Shown piece by piece: positions 49,329 to 60,167 of a stretch of 64,000 bases of DNA (positions are counted from its first letter, which is position 1; the number at the start of each line of letters is the position of its first letter). Origin of the DNA: Pachysolen tannophilus NRRL Y-2460 (taxonomy: Eukaryota); contig KV454017.1 of the NCBI GenBank assembly GCA_001661245.1, positions 899,903-963,902 on the forward strand. Direction: 5' to 3'. Position numbers and translations under genes: made by a program. The notes beneath the pieces are model-generated. The model saw only the letters and a list, made by a program, of their open reading frames with translations. It was not told the DNA's origin and did no database searches.

Positions 49329-52300
49329 ATGGAAAAGAAGAACGACGGGAAGAGTGGGGGTGATGGGCCGAAACAAGACAGTGATATATATACTTGGCCA
49401 AAATTTGAATCTCAATCTAGATCGCAGTTGTCTGTACCGCCGTTCTTTTCACATCAACTGTCTTTACCTCCAGTACTGAAAGTTTATGAACATGCAAATA
49501 GTATAGGGGAAAAATCAATTGGGGAAGCTGCTGCTGGAATTGCCGCCGATCCCATCGCAATATTACCTGAACCTGAAGATTCCTCCGGCGCAGCCCCCAG
49601 CAGCACCGGCACCAGCAGCACCGGCAGCACCAGTACCACCAGTACCACCAGCGGAACCACATCATTTACAGCAGCAACAGCAGCAGAAACAGTCCCCGCC
49701 ACGGCCACTGCCGTCACTGCTGAGATCTTTTTATGTCTTGCCTCCGCCGTTTCGGAATCAATTCCTGCTGCTGTTTGGAAGTTTTGCGAAAACCGCAAGT
49801 GCAAATACCGGTACCAGCGGCAGCGGCAGTGGAAGTGCCATTGCCAATGCCAATGCTAATATGGATCGCCGGTCAAGCACAGAAACCATTCCCCAAACTT
49901 CTTCTCAAACCCAAGCGTTTCATCTACATAACCCAATTGACTCTGCTGTACTAGCACCAGTACAAGCACTAGAACCAGAAGCAACTAATAATAGAGATTC
50001 AGGATTCTCAAAGGAACGGCGAAGGTCAAGCTCAGCTGAGTCTGCAAATGAAAGTTCAAGAAAGACAAGAAAAAGGTTATCAGTTTCTTGTAAATTATGT
50101 CGGAAGAAGAAAATCAAGTGTGATAGAGAAAGACCAATTTGTGGATCATGTAAAAAAAATGGAATACCAAGTCATTTGTGTATTTATGATGATTCACCTT
50201 GGATAAGCTCATTAGTAAAAGAACAGAATTATCATACTGAAATTGAACATTTAAAACTGGAAAATATAAAATTATCAAAATTAATTGAAGAAGAAGATTT
50301 GAAAATATCAAAATTAAAAAATAATTACCAGGATTTATATGGTAAAGATGAAATAACCAAAGTCCAAACTACAAATACTATTAAAGCTAAATCAGAACAA
50401 ATATTAAACAATATAAAATCACAAAAATTAGATATAAAAAATTTTGTAACAATAAATTCAAATGAAATACCACTGAAAAATTTTGCAATATTGACTTGGC
50501 AAAATTTCCAATATCAAGATAAAAATTTACAAAAATTTGTACCTTATTTTTTTGAAAGCTGGAAAATTCAATATGAAACAGCAAGAGATAGTGACGTGAG
50601 GAAACCTAGTACTGAGTTATTTAATTTTAGTGAAATATTCAAAGTTATTAACTTGAATTGTACAAAATATACAAATATTGATCATTCAAATTTAAAACCA
50701 AATAAAAATGATTTTTATGGGAAAAAATTACAAGAATTATCAAAAGCTTTACCATGTTTTAAAATTCTTGAAAAAAAATTTAAGAATTATTTTAAAATGA
50801 ATTTTGATGTACTTATTCATAAGTTTTTCAATAATGATATTATGATAAAAGATTTTTATCGAATTTTTAAGAAATCAAGAAAAGGTGGAGTAGAGATTAA
50901 TGTTTATGAACCATCTAGAGATTACCATATAGAGTTATTGAAACTAGCAACAATTTTGATTTGCATAAAGATTGGTATATTGTTTAGTGATAATGATAAC
51001 ATTAATGAAGAAGTTGATTTCAATGATCCTGAAAATTTGTTAGTCAAATATGCAATTGCATGTATATTTTTATCAGATTGCGTGCATAGGCCTTCTATAC
51101 CTTCGATTAATTTTTTGACTCTTTTGGCGTTATATAAAATTTATAGTGAAGAGGATCAAGTAGATCTTTTATATTCTGAATACTCAAATTGTGATTATTC
51201 AATAATTTCAACACTTCTTTTAAATATGTGTGTGGGCTTGGGCTTATATAAAGAATATGATGATATTAATGAAAGTTTAAAAAATGAAAATGATTGCAAT
51301 AATAATTTTATAGATCGTGAGTACTTGAAAAATATTTGGAAAAATTTGATGTTATCAGATATTGCAAGTTGTTATCATTCTGGGCTATCATTATTATTAC
51401 CAGGTCTTGATGATTATACTAAAATCAAAACGAATTCACCAACAGATCGAGGTTTAAAAGATGTAGTTTTCATAAGACATATATATAACAAATTTTCAAT
51501 TACATCTGAAGAGCAAGGAGAAGAAATGACTAGATTAGATTTGGAAAAAGAATTGAACAATGTTTTCCAATTTTTCCATGATGTTTATGGATTAGAATCC
51601 AATTTTTGGCAAAACGTTGAAGATTGTACTTCTTTATCTATAAAATCTTTTAAAATTGCAAAAATATTAAGTTTATTGGGATTACTGGATTTACTGGCAT
51701 CATTAGAGTATTTATTATATTTATCATATAGTGATCAAAATCATCATTTAAATGCAAAATATGAACATCAAGAATTAGTTGCAACTGAGGAAGACCAAAA
51801 ATGCATAAATAATTTAAAGAATAAGTTTATGAATTCATCTTTATTACATTGCATTTTTTCCCTAAGAATTATGGATTGGGTTTGTGATCAAGAACTAAAC
51901 AGTTCAAATAAAATATTCCTTGATAAGGCTTCGTATATTGTTGCAAAGATGAAAATGAAAAATTCGATAATGAAGACATTATCTATTTTATTTTCTACAA
52001 TTTTTTCGAATTCTTTGTTTGATGAATATGGTTTAGTTTTTGACAATTGTCAAGACTTGGCCAATAATAATCCAGTAGAAGAAGATTTATTTGATATGAG
52101 TTTAATTCAATTAGAAGAATTAAGTTTTAAGATGAATGATAGGGATATTTTATATTTTAAAAAAAATTTCTTGTACAAGATTTCCAATTTATTATCAAGT
52201 TTTTATGAAAAGATCCAAAAAATCAGTTTATTTACTAATGATTCTTGTTGGTTTAATGTTTATAAAGAGTATCATTACATTATCAACTATTTAATTTATA

Positions 52301-52446
52301 ATAAGAGGAAATTTAATAACAATGGACAAATTAATTATGATAATCTTTTCAAAGTCAATGATGAAAACCACAATGAAAAACTATTAAAAGTTTTTGATTT
52401 CCCCGATTATTTAAGCATTAAAGAGCAATTGGAAAAAACAATTTAA
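49329..52446 (+). CDS. Zn2Cys6 transcription factor; probable ATG at 49329 with a +1 frameshift somewhere in 49507-49859 (alternative start 49861)
   Basis: RKRLSVSCKLCRKKKIKCDRERPICGSCKKNGIPSHLCIYD; upstream ATG ORF overlaps the main ORF in another frame. Confidence 0.8.
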
Positions 52447-52704
52447 AATTTTAAAAAATAACAATTGATATTTATTATATCTAGATTAATAAAGAAATGA
52501 CTAAACCGTAACGAATGCCCTAAACAAATCAAAAAAAAAAAAAGCAAAAAAACAAGAACAAAATAAGGTACCAGCTAGCTCTAATATACATGATATATAT
52601 ATGAAGTGAAGTTATTATCAAACAATCAATTAGCCTGTAGGAATTATACGTATGTACGAGTAAAAATACAATATTTTTTTTTTTTTTTTTAATTATTTTC
52701 TTAC

Positions 52705-53799
52705 TTAACGCATAAAGTAATCGTATTTACCCAGTTGAGATCTACTTCCATCAAACAGATCTTTAAAGTTCCATTTAATTTCCACATCCAATTCTCTTGG
52801 GTTTTTAGTATTTGGTCTTGAAGCTAAAGAACCATGTATAACTTCATCTCTTTTAACATCCAAGACTTGATCCATATAAAAAACAGTTTGTTTCCAATGA
52901 GTATAATGAGCTTGTGGACCAGTTGAAAAAACAATTTTACTCAGATTATCTTCAGCAGGAAATTCGATATTAAACCAAGCGATGAATGCATGAACTGAAT
53001 CATCTCTTGTAGCAACAAGTTTAAAATCGTTGTAAAATGCTAATTCTTTAATAGTTACAGTATTTAAATCAAGATCGATTAATTTTGATGAAGTTGTAAC
53101 TATTGAATTATTTTCAACTGTATCAACCAAAGGTTCAGCCATAGCAATATCAATAAATGGAGAATAATCAAATCCATAAACATTTTCCCAATAATGTATT
53201 TTTTCTTCTTTATAATTACTATCTTCAATACCTGCAATATGTATTGATGCTTTATCTGGGAAAATTAAACCACCTTTTTTCAAATATCTATCTCTTGCAA
53301 TAAGTACAGTATCTAACATGGATTCATAAAGTAAAAAATAACCCATCCATTCACTAATAATAATATCAACTTCTGGGAATGGAAGCTCGACATCTTCCAA
53401 TTTTCCTTGTAATAAAGTAATTTTATCACCTAACCCATTAAGATCAACAATTTTACGAGCCATTCCAATAATATTAGACATATCAACCGCAATAACATGT
53501 TTTGCACCAGCTCTAACTGCAAACATAGACAAAATACCAGTACCACACCCAACATCCAACACTATCTTATCCTTAAACAAGTTCTTATTCTTCAATATAG
53601 CATTCTTATAACTCAAAGTTCTAACTTGATCTTTCAACATCTCTTCATGAATCCCAAAATGATCATAAGAACTAAAATAATGTTGATCATAAAAAGGTAA
53701 CGCAGATTTTTCTGTAGCTGAACTTTCAACATCAGACTTTTCAGTTGCTAAACCATCACTACCAGTAACCATCTTACTATCCTCTTGAACACAAGACAT
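52705..53799 (-). CDS. HMT1: Type I protein arginine methyltransferase (PRMT1)
   Basis: YFSSYDHFGIHEEMLKD, VLDVGCGTGILSMF, IISEWMGYFLLYESML, THWKQTVFY. Confidence 0.96.
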   Translation of the reverse strand: MSCVQEDSKMVTGSDGLATEKSDVESSATEKSALPFYDQHYFSSYDHFGIHEEMLKDQVRTLSYKNAILKNKNLFKDKIVLDVGCGTGILSMFAVRAGAKHVIAVDMSNIIGMARKIVDLNGLGDKITLLQGKLEDVELPFPEVDIIISEWMGYFLLYESMLDTVLIARDRYLKKGGLIFPDKASIHIAGIEDSNYKEEKIHYWENVYGFDYSPFIDIAMAEPLVDTVENNSIVTTSSKLIDLDLNTVTIKELAFYNDFKLVATRDDSVHAFIAWFNIEFPAEDNLSKIVFSTGPQAHYTHWKQTVFYMDQVLDVKRDEVIHGSLASRPNTKNPRELDVEIKWNFKDLFDGSRSQLGKYDYFMR

Positions 53800-54157
53800 T
53801 CTCAACTCAACTCCTACAATAATACCCAACTATAATTACTTTTATCTAAAACTCAACTTCTACCTACACACACAGAAAAATTTTTCACCTGCTTTAAAAT
53901 AAGAAGAGGAAAAAACAGGTCGTGAATAAAAACACAAAAATTCCAAAAAATTTTTTTTTTTTTTTTTTTTTTGAATTCCAAAAAAAATTGTGCTGATAAG
54001 AAGAAGAAGAAGAAGAAGAATTACTGTGTATAAGAAGTGTAATTTAGCTAATTTAGCTATTTTTAGTTTGATTGAATATTGGATAGATTAAGTAATATAT
54101 ATATATATATATATTTATATGTATATATATATATATATTGTGATTGATTGATGGAAT

Positions 54158-57100
54158 ATGGTAGGAATTGGGTTTCATAAGTCGAGGAGTGTTAGTAGTA
54201 CGAGGGACTATAACCGTAATAATAATAATGATTCATCTGAGATCGCGCAGCAGGCTGCGAAATTGATCTTTCAAAAACCTAGTTTGGCAACAAATCAACA
54301 ACTGCAATTTCAACAGCAAAAAGGTAACTCGGCGGTACAGTCTCTGGTGGTGCAGCCTTCTGGATCGCAAATATCGATTCATTCGTATGCTACGAATAAG
54401 ATTATTAATATAAATAGTAAGAATAATAAGGTGACAACAACAGCGGTTGTAGGTACCAGCGGCGGTACCAACGGTGGTGCGGGCGGAGGCCCGCCCGCAC
54501 ATGTACCCACTACTGTACTTTCTCCTGCGAACGTTCCCGCGAACGATCCCTTGGCGGTGGCGGCGGCTACAGCGACAGTGCCCGTCACGGGCACTGTGGC
54601 AGGGAAAAACGTTGTACCAGGTACTCCTGTACTGGGTACGCCTGGTCTGGGCCATGCACTTACGCACACGCCCGGTGCCACGCCCGCTACGACTCCTGCT
54701 GCCACTCCTACTCCTACACCCACGTCGGCGGTTTCATCTTCGCGAAATGGATATTTCACTAATAACGCGAGGATTGGAGGCGGTACCAATAATAATAACA
54801 ACAATAATAGTAATAATAATGGTGTTGGTGGTACACAACTGGGAGTCAAGAAAAGGCAGAGTGTTATTGGTCAATCGCAACAGCAACAGCAACCGCCGTT
54901 GCAACATCAGAATAGTGCACTGCTGGTGAAACCATCGTCTGCTGCATTGGCGGCTGCATCGGTGGTGGCTAGAAATAATCCTCAAGCAATGGTTGCAGAA
55001 AATCAATTGGTACTGGAAAGTGTGCGGTCGCGCCATAACTCGTTGAGACAACTGCAACATCAACAACTGCAGCAACTGCTGCTGGCTTCAGCAGAAAGAC
55101 CTGCAAAAATTGTACCTGTTCCTGATGAAATTAGGAAAATTTCACCTTCAGAACAACGTCCAAAACAGAAATCAGTTACTTCTATGGAATCCAGAGCAAC
55201 TGGAAGTTTTAGTGATGCATTATCTTATGTGAAAAATGGTAATGGTAACTCGAGCGCTTCACTAATCAAGAGAACAAATACCAATAATAAGACTGCAAGT
55301 AATAGTAGCAATATTAATCTACCGGTAATAATGACAGACTTGCATCAAGAAGATGAAGATGATGATGAAGATGATGATGACGAAGATATTGGCCAATCTC
55401 TGATTGGAAATGATCAAGATAGATTTTTGAAAAAGAAGTTTCAGGATTCTTTGCTGGCTCCAAACAAAGGAGGTGGATCTGATATAGATTCCCGTGATCC
55501 TTCTCCATCACTGAAACCACATCCATATATATCTTTCTTAGAAAATGCAAATGATGATTCAAAAAATTCTTTTCTTACAACACCATTTACAAAATCGGCT
55601 CCACTGCCTGCTTCTCCAAGGTTTGAAATTGGTAACTTGAATTTCACAAATAATAATGATAGTTCTGAAAATTTTGACAACCCTGCAAATGGTTACACTA
55701 GCGCAGTAATGTCTAGAACCTACACAAATTTAAGTAACATTTCAAATATCAGTGATTTCAATAATAGTAATAGTAATAGTAATAATAATAATAATAATAA
55801 TAATAGAGATAAATATAGAGATAAAGATGTCAAGGAAGATTATTTTTTCAAAGCTCCTATAAATTTTAAATCTGATGATTCGAAAAATTTGGCAACTAGT
55901 GAACCAGAAGCTGATGCCATCACTAGTTCTCCAAGAAAATTGAAAAGGAAACCTCCTCCTTTGAAGGAAGTGTCACAGGATGAACTTCCCCAGGATGAGA
56001 AATTTCTGCAGGATCAAGTCCTCGATGCTGAACTGCTGTCACAGGGAAATAATGTCATGAGCAATTATTCGAATAACAGTAACAACAATTCAACACAATA
56101 CTTAAGGCCTCCACCAACTTTTAATGAAAATGAAATGGACAATAAAAGTAGCGATTCAATAGTTTCGGATTCATCCAAGATTTCATGTCAATTAGCATCA
56201 AATTCCTCATTTTTAAATAGTAGTCAAGGAAGTTTAGTAGTTGATGAAGGAGATAAAGAACAAATAGCGAAAGCTTCACCTTCAAGGAAAAAACCTCCAC
56301 CTGATGTGGATGAGGAGATACAGCAGCGTGATGAAAATTCTCAAGAGCTTAATGAGGAATTTCCCGGTAATGGAGATGGCCATGAGATTCTGTATGAGTG
56401 CAATGGTTATCATAATGATAATATTAACTCCAATGTTGAATTCATCGATGGTGAAGTTATTAATGGTGGTGATCAAGAAAATTCTGAAGCTGATGTGTTA
56501 CCAAGATATCCAACTTATACACCAACAGATAATGGGTATCATATTCATCCTCATATTCCAATGAATAAGCAAACCAAGAAAATATTTAAGAGGAGTGCAA
56601 AATCATTACTTGGTAATATTAAGCATAATCCAAGTAATCCGAATTTTTCTTCTTCATCATCGTTTCAGCAATTACAAATTTCAAATCAATCACCAAATGG
56701 TAAAAGTCCTCCTCTGCAATATTATAAGAGCTCAAATCAAAGTAATAGTAATTTGAATCCAGCAACTATTTCTACTACAAGCATATTAATTCCACAACAT
56801 ACAACAAAGTTCAAGACTACAATGAGAAAAGATAAAAATAGTAAAAAATTTAATGAGGATAAACCTTGGAAACATCATAATGATGCCAACATAATAACTG
56901 AACAAGAAAGGAAAAGATATGAAGGTGTTTGGGTTTCAAATAAGTTGTTATTTGTGGATTTAAACCCTGGTACTAAGGCCTCAATAGGTACTCAGCATGA
57001 GTCAATGACTGCAGCTACAATTCTGGCATCTCTGAAAGAACCTTCTTCTGGATTATTGATGCATGGTTTAATAGTAAGAGAAATATGGAAAAGATCAAGA

Positions 57101-57334
57101 TTACCGTTTGAAACTTTAGAAAAAATTTATGATTTGGTCGATATTAAAACTAAAAACGGATTTTTAACAAGAGAAGAATTCATCGTTGGAATGTGGTTAG
57201 TAGATCAATGTCTTTATGGTAGAAAATTACCAAAATTCGTTGCAGATGAAGTATGGGAAAGCGTATATAGTACTGGGATAATAAGTTCCAATATCAACTT
57301 TGGCAAAAAAAATAAATCACGAAAGGGATTATAG
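54158..57334 (+). CDS. IRS4: EH-domain protein of the Irs4/Tax4 family
   Basis: FKTTMRK..KKFNEDKPWK.H, ERKRYEGVWVSNK, VREIWKRSRLP.ETL..IYDLVD, EFIVGMWLVDQCLYGRKLP. Confidence 0.85.
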   Translation: MVGIGFHKSRSVSSTRDYNRNNNNDSSEIAQQAAKLIFQKPSLATNQQLQFQQQKGNSAVQSLVVQPSGSQISIHSYATNKIININSKNNKVTTTAVVGTSGGTNGGAGGGPPAHVPTTVLSPANVPANDPLAVAAATATVPVTGTVAGKNVVPGTPVLGTPGLGHALTHTPGATPATTPAATPTPTPTSAVSSSRNGYFTNNARIGGGTNNNNNNNSNNNGVGGTQLGVKKRQSVIGQSQQQQQPPLQHQNSALLVKPSSAALAAASVVARNNPQAMVAENQLVLESVRSRHNSLRQLQHQQLQQLLLASAERPAKIVPVPDEIRKISPSEQRPKQKSVTSMESRATGSFSDALSYVKNGNGNSSASLIKRTNTNNKTASNSSNINLPVIMTDLHQEDEDDDEDDDDEDIGQSLIGNDQDRFLKKKFQDSLLAPNKGGGSDIDSRDPSPSLKPHPYISFLENANDDSKNSFLTTPFTKSAPLPASPRFEIGNLNFTNNNDSSENFDNPANGYTSAVMSRTYTNLSNISNISDFNNSNSNSNNNNNNNNRDKYRDKDVKEDYFFKAPINFKSDDSKNLATSEPEADAITSSPRKLKRKPPPLKEVSQDELPQDEKFLQDQVLDAELLSQGNNVMSNYSNNSNNNSTQYLRPPPTFNENEMDNKSSDSIVSDSSKISCQLASNSSFLNSSQGSLVVDEGDKEQIAKASPSRKKPPPDVDEEIQQRDENSQELNEEFPGNGDGHEILYECNGYHNDNINSNVEFIDGEVINGGDQENSEADVLPRYPTYTPTDNGYHIHPHIPMNKQTKKIFKRSAKSLLGNIKHNPSNPNFSSSSSFQQLQISNQSPNGKSPPLQYYKSSNQSNSNLNPATISTTSILIPQHTTKFKTTMRKDKNSKKFNEDKPWKHHNDANIITEQERKRYEGVWVSNKLLFVDLNPGTKASIGTQHESMTAATILASLKEPSSGLLMHGLIVREIWKRSRLPFETLEKIYDLVDIKTKNGFLTREEFIVGMWLVDQCLYGRKLPKFVADEVWESVYSTGIISSNINFGKKNKSRKGL

Positions 57335-57702
57335 ATTCACAATATAATCAATCATCTTAGATACTCTAGATCTAGAATAATGCTACTCAAATGTGCTTTC
57401 AAGTTTTATATAGTTTGAATTTAGAAATAGCAATTTTTCACAAACTATTTGCATAGTTTATGCGCGCCAATTAAATAACTAATTATATTTCAACATCACC
57501 TTCTTCTTATCTTCTTTTTTTTTTTTATTATTTTAAAAAATATTTATTTTAATAGTAAAAATAAAATATATTGGTTTAAACCTTTGTCTCTTCACTTTTC
57601 AGGATAAGAACTCTTGAAGCTAGTCCTTTGGCATTTGATTGCTATTGGTGAAGTAGAAAATAGATTGAACCTTTAGTGTGTGTGTGTGTGTTTTCTCGCT
57701 TT

Positions 57703-58593
57703 TTAGGAAAGAACAACTTGTAAGATACCAAAACATAAATTAACACCAGAATGAATAAATTCATCAATTGTAGAAGTATTTGGATCATTCAGAGTGGAAA
57801 TTATTGATTCTGTAGATTTTGAAGCAATTTCACTATGTAATCCTAAATCTGTTCTTAACCTACTATTGGCTGATGAATTACCAATATTCAAACCATCAAA
57901 TCTATTCTTTCTCATCTCATAAACTTTTTCACATTGCTCAACTATTTGAGCATCCCTTTTCTGTTGACTTGTTAATGGTAATGGAATATCTGCAAATTTA
58001 TTAACATTAGAAGCATCTGATGATAAACTTATAGAAGTGACATCAGGTAATAAACTCAAAGAGCTACCAGAAGCTGTCTTCTTATTATCTGGGCTCATCA
58101 TACTCTTGTGAATTTCATCCAATATATAATAAGCACGCCTTAACTTATACAACGCCTTTGCACTATCAATAACACTCTCTGATAATAACATAGTTAAAGC
58201 ATTCAACAAAGTCGCTTCCGCATGAGCAACAGCATACTCTGTTCCTGGAGGATATATTGAAGAAGTCTTCAACTTCAATTTTTCATTATTATTCTTTGCT
58301 TTATAAGATAAATTTTCAGCCTCAGCTAAAGTTTTTTGAGCTTTAATCCTTGATTCTTCTTCAAAACCCAAAGTAAATTCAATAAATAAAACTACTCCCG
58401 TGGCTAATTTATATATGGCCTCATCTTTCCCTTCAATCAAAGCTAAACCTTTCAGTGGTCTATCATCTAAAACATAATCCATGGCTGTAAGACATATTTC
58501 AAAATCTTGAGCTTGCTTTATAATTTTGGAAACCTGTTCCTCAATCGACAACTCTTTTGTTCGTTCCTGTTTTAAACCCAACACACGTAACAT
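57703..58593 (-). CDS. IML2: N-terminal half (296 aa) of IML2/TTC39-family protein, lying inside an inverted segment
   Basis: MLRVLG..QAQDFEI.L.AMDYVLDDR, YPPGTEYAV..AE..LLNAL.MLLSES, TIDEFIHSGVNLCFGILQVVLS, then an abrupt stop. Confidence 0.85.
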   Translation of the reverse strand: MLRVLGLKQERTKELSIEEQVSKIIKQAQDFEICLTAMDYVLDDRPLKGLALIEGKDEAIYKLATGVVLFIEFTLGFEEESRIKAQKTLAEAENLSYKAKNNNEKLKLKTSSIYPPGTEYAVAHAEATLLNALTMLLSESVIDSAKALYKLRRAYYILDEIHKSMMSPDNKKTASGSSLSLLPDVTSISLSSDASNVNKFADIPLPLTSQQKRDAQIVEQCEKVYEMRKNRFDGLNIGNSSANSRLRTDLGLHSEIASKSTESIISTLNDPNTSTIDEFIHSGVNLCFGILQVVLS

Positions 58594-58742
58594 CCTTCTT
58601 TCCAACTAAGACTAGATAGATATTGTTTTCAAACCAAAAAAAAAAAATAAATATTATGTTATGCTCCCAGCTTTGATATATTGATAAAACCACAAATAAT
58701 GAAATTATGATTAGACAAAATAAGAAAAAATAAGTAAAGAGC

Positions 58743-60167
58743 ATAATTCCACCAACAATAGGGAAAGTTTTAGCAGTTGTTGGATTTAAAGGTTCTAGAG
58801 AAGATGGATTAAGACTGGTGTGGAAATCAGCTGAAAAGAGAAACATTCATGGTGGTATTGGTTTATTGACTTTATTAGTTTTTTATGATGGTCCTTTTCA
58901 ATTTACTGATGTTGATTTTGATGTTCCTTCAGCTACAGAAAATCGTCAAGATCAATTTTCAAATGGTAAGATTAGTAATGTTCCTTCTTTACATTCTTCT
59001 ATTTCAAAACATTCACAGAAAGATCTAACTGAATTGAAAAAGACATTATCAAGAAAGAAGATGGATTTGGAATCAAGAGCTCAAGCAGGCTATGGAGAAC
59101 CAACTTTATTACATCCAGGGAAAAAATTAGAATCATCACTATTAAATGCAAGAGCATTATTCCCACATAGTGCTTTATGGTTATTACAAGAAGGAAGAAT
59201 GTTAGCTTCAAAAGGCCGGTTGGAAGAAGCTGTTGAGTTGATGGATAGTTTAACACGTAAAATTGAGATGAAACAAGTGGAAGCTTTATTAGTATTTGAT
59301 AGAGCGATGATTTTAATTTTCATGAATAAATATGAAAGGGCAGCAAAAGATTTTTTAAGATTAGTTGATATCAATGCATGGTCACATGCTTTATATTTTT
59401 ATTTTGCAGGAGCGTGTTATTTAGAAAGTTGGAGAATGTGTGAAACTAAATTAACAGTTCCAACGGGTAAAGATGATATTGATTTATCAAAGAAAGAATG
59501 GTATAAAGAACAAGCTGAAAAATATTTATCAAGTGCACCTGAACAAGTTGGTAAAAGAAAATTTATGTCAAAGCCAATGCCATTTGATAGATTTTTATTA
59601 AGAAAAACTAATAGTATTAAGGAAATTTCTAAAAGAAAAAATTTATCATTAGTAGATTCTTGTGGTACTTCATTAATTCATGAACTATCATATTTTTGGA
59701 ATGGTTATAATAGAATGCCTGAAGAGAATTTAAAATTGGCTATTAAATTATTAGGTTTCAATGCAGATCCAGATTCAGAATATGCTTTATTAAATTCTGA
59801 TGGGAAAAGTTATTCCAAAATTCTTCCTGAAAGTAAAGATGAATCTATGATAAGGTATACTTTACAAGCAATAACATTAAGAAGATTAGGCAAAATTGAA
59901 GAAGGTCGAAAAATTTTAGATTCAAATGTCTTGAGTGAATTTGTATTACCAAATAACAAATTTATAAAAATGACCAATGATCCATGGTTATACCCAATTT
60001 CAATGTATGAAAGAGCATTGTTTTGTTGGAAAGAAAAAAGTGTGGATGGTTTGGAAGATCTGAAAGAATGGTTAAAAAATGCAAGTGAATACAGTGATGA
60101 TTATGAACTCAGTACAAGAGTTGGTATGAAAATCAAAGCTGCTACAGACAGACTAGAAAATTTATGA
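58743..60167 (+). CDS. IML2: C-terminal half (474 aa) of IML2/TTC39-family protein, with no start codon at the junction
   Basis: IIPPTIGKVLAVVGFKGSREDGL, RNIHG, FYDGPFQFTD, FPHSALWLLQEGRM, KPMPFDRFLLRK, YFWNGYNRM, DDYELSTRVGMKIKAA; in-frame TAA at 58731. Confidence 0.85.
   Translation: MIPPTIGKVLAVVGFKGSREDGLRLVWKSAEKRNIHGGIGLLTLLVFYDGPFQFTDVDFDVPSATENRQDQFSNGKISNVPSLHSSISKHSQKDLTELKKTLSRKKMDLESRAQAGYGEPTLLHPGKKLESSLLNARALFPHSALWLLQEGRMLASKGRLEEAVELMDSLTRKIEMKQVEALLVFDRAMILIFMNKYERAAKDFLRLVDINAWSHALYFYFAGACYLESWRMCETKLTVPTGKDDIDLSKKEWYKEQAEKYLSSAPEQVGKRKFMSKPMPFDRFLLRKTNSIKEISKRKNLSLVDSCGTSLIHELSYFWNGYNRMPEENLKLAIKLLGFNADPDSEYALLNSDGKSYSKILPESKDESMIRYTLQAITLRRLGKIEEGRKILDSNVLSEFVLPNNKFIKMTNDPWLYPISMYERALFCWKEKSVDGLEDLKEWLKNASEYSDDYELSTRVGMKIKAATDRLENL

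Noticed and set aside
54233..55075. Antisense and alternate-frame ORFs within IRS4
   Set aside because: They are explained by locally high GC and low-complexity coding sequence.
57660..58760. Recombinase-type invertible switch or trans-splicing of the IML2 halves
   Set aside because: There are no inverted repeats at the breakpoints, no recombinase in the window and no GT donor after QVVLS. Only the inversion itself is supported.
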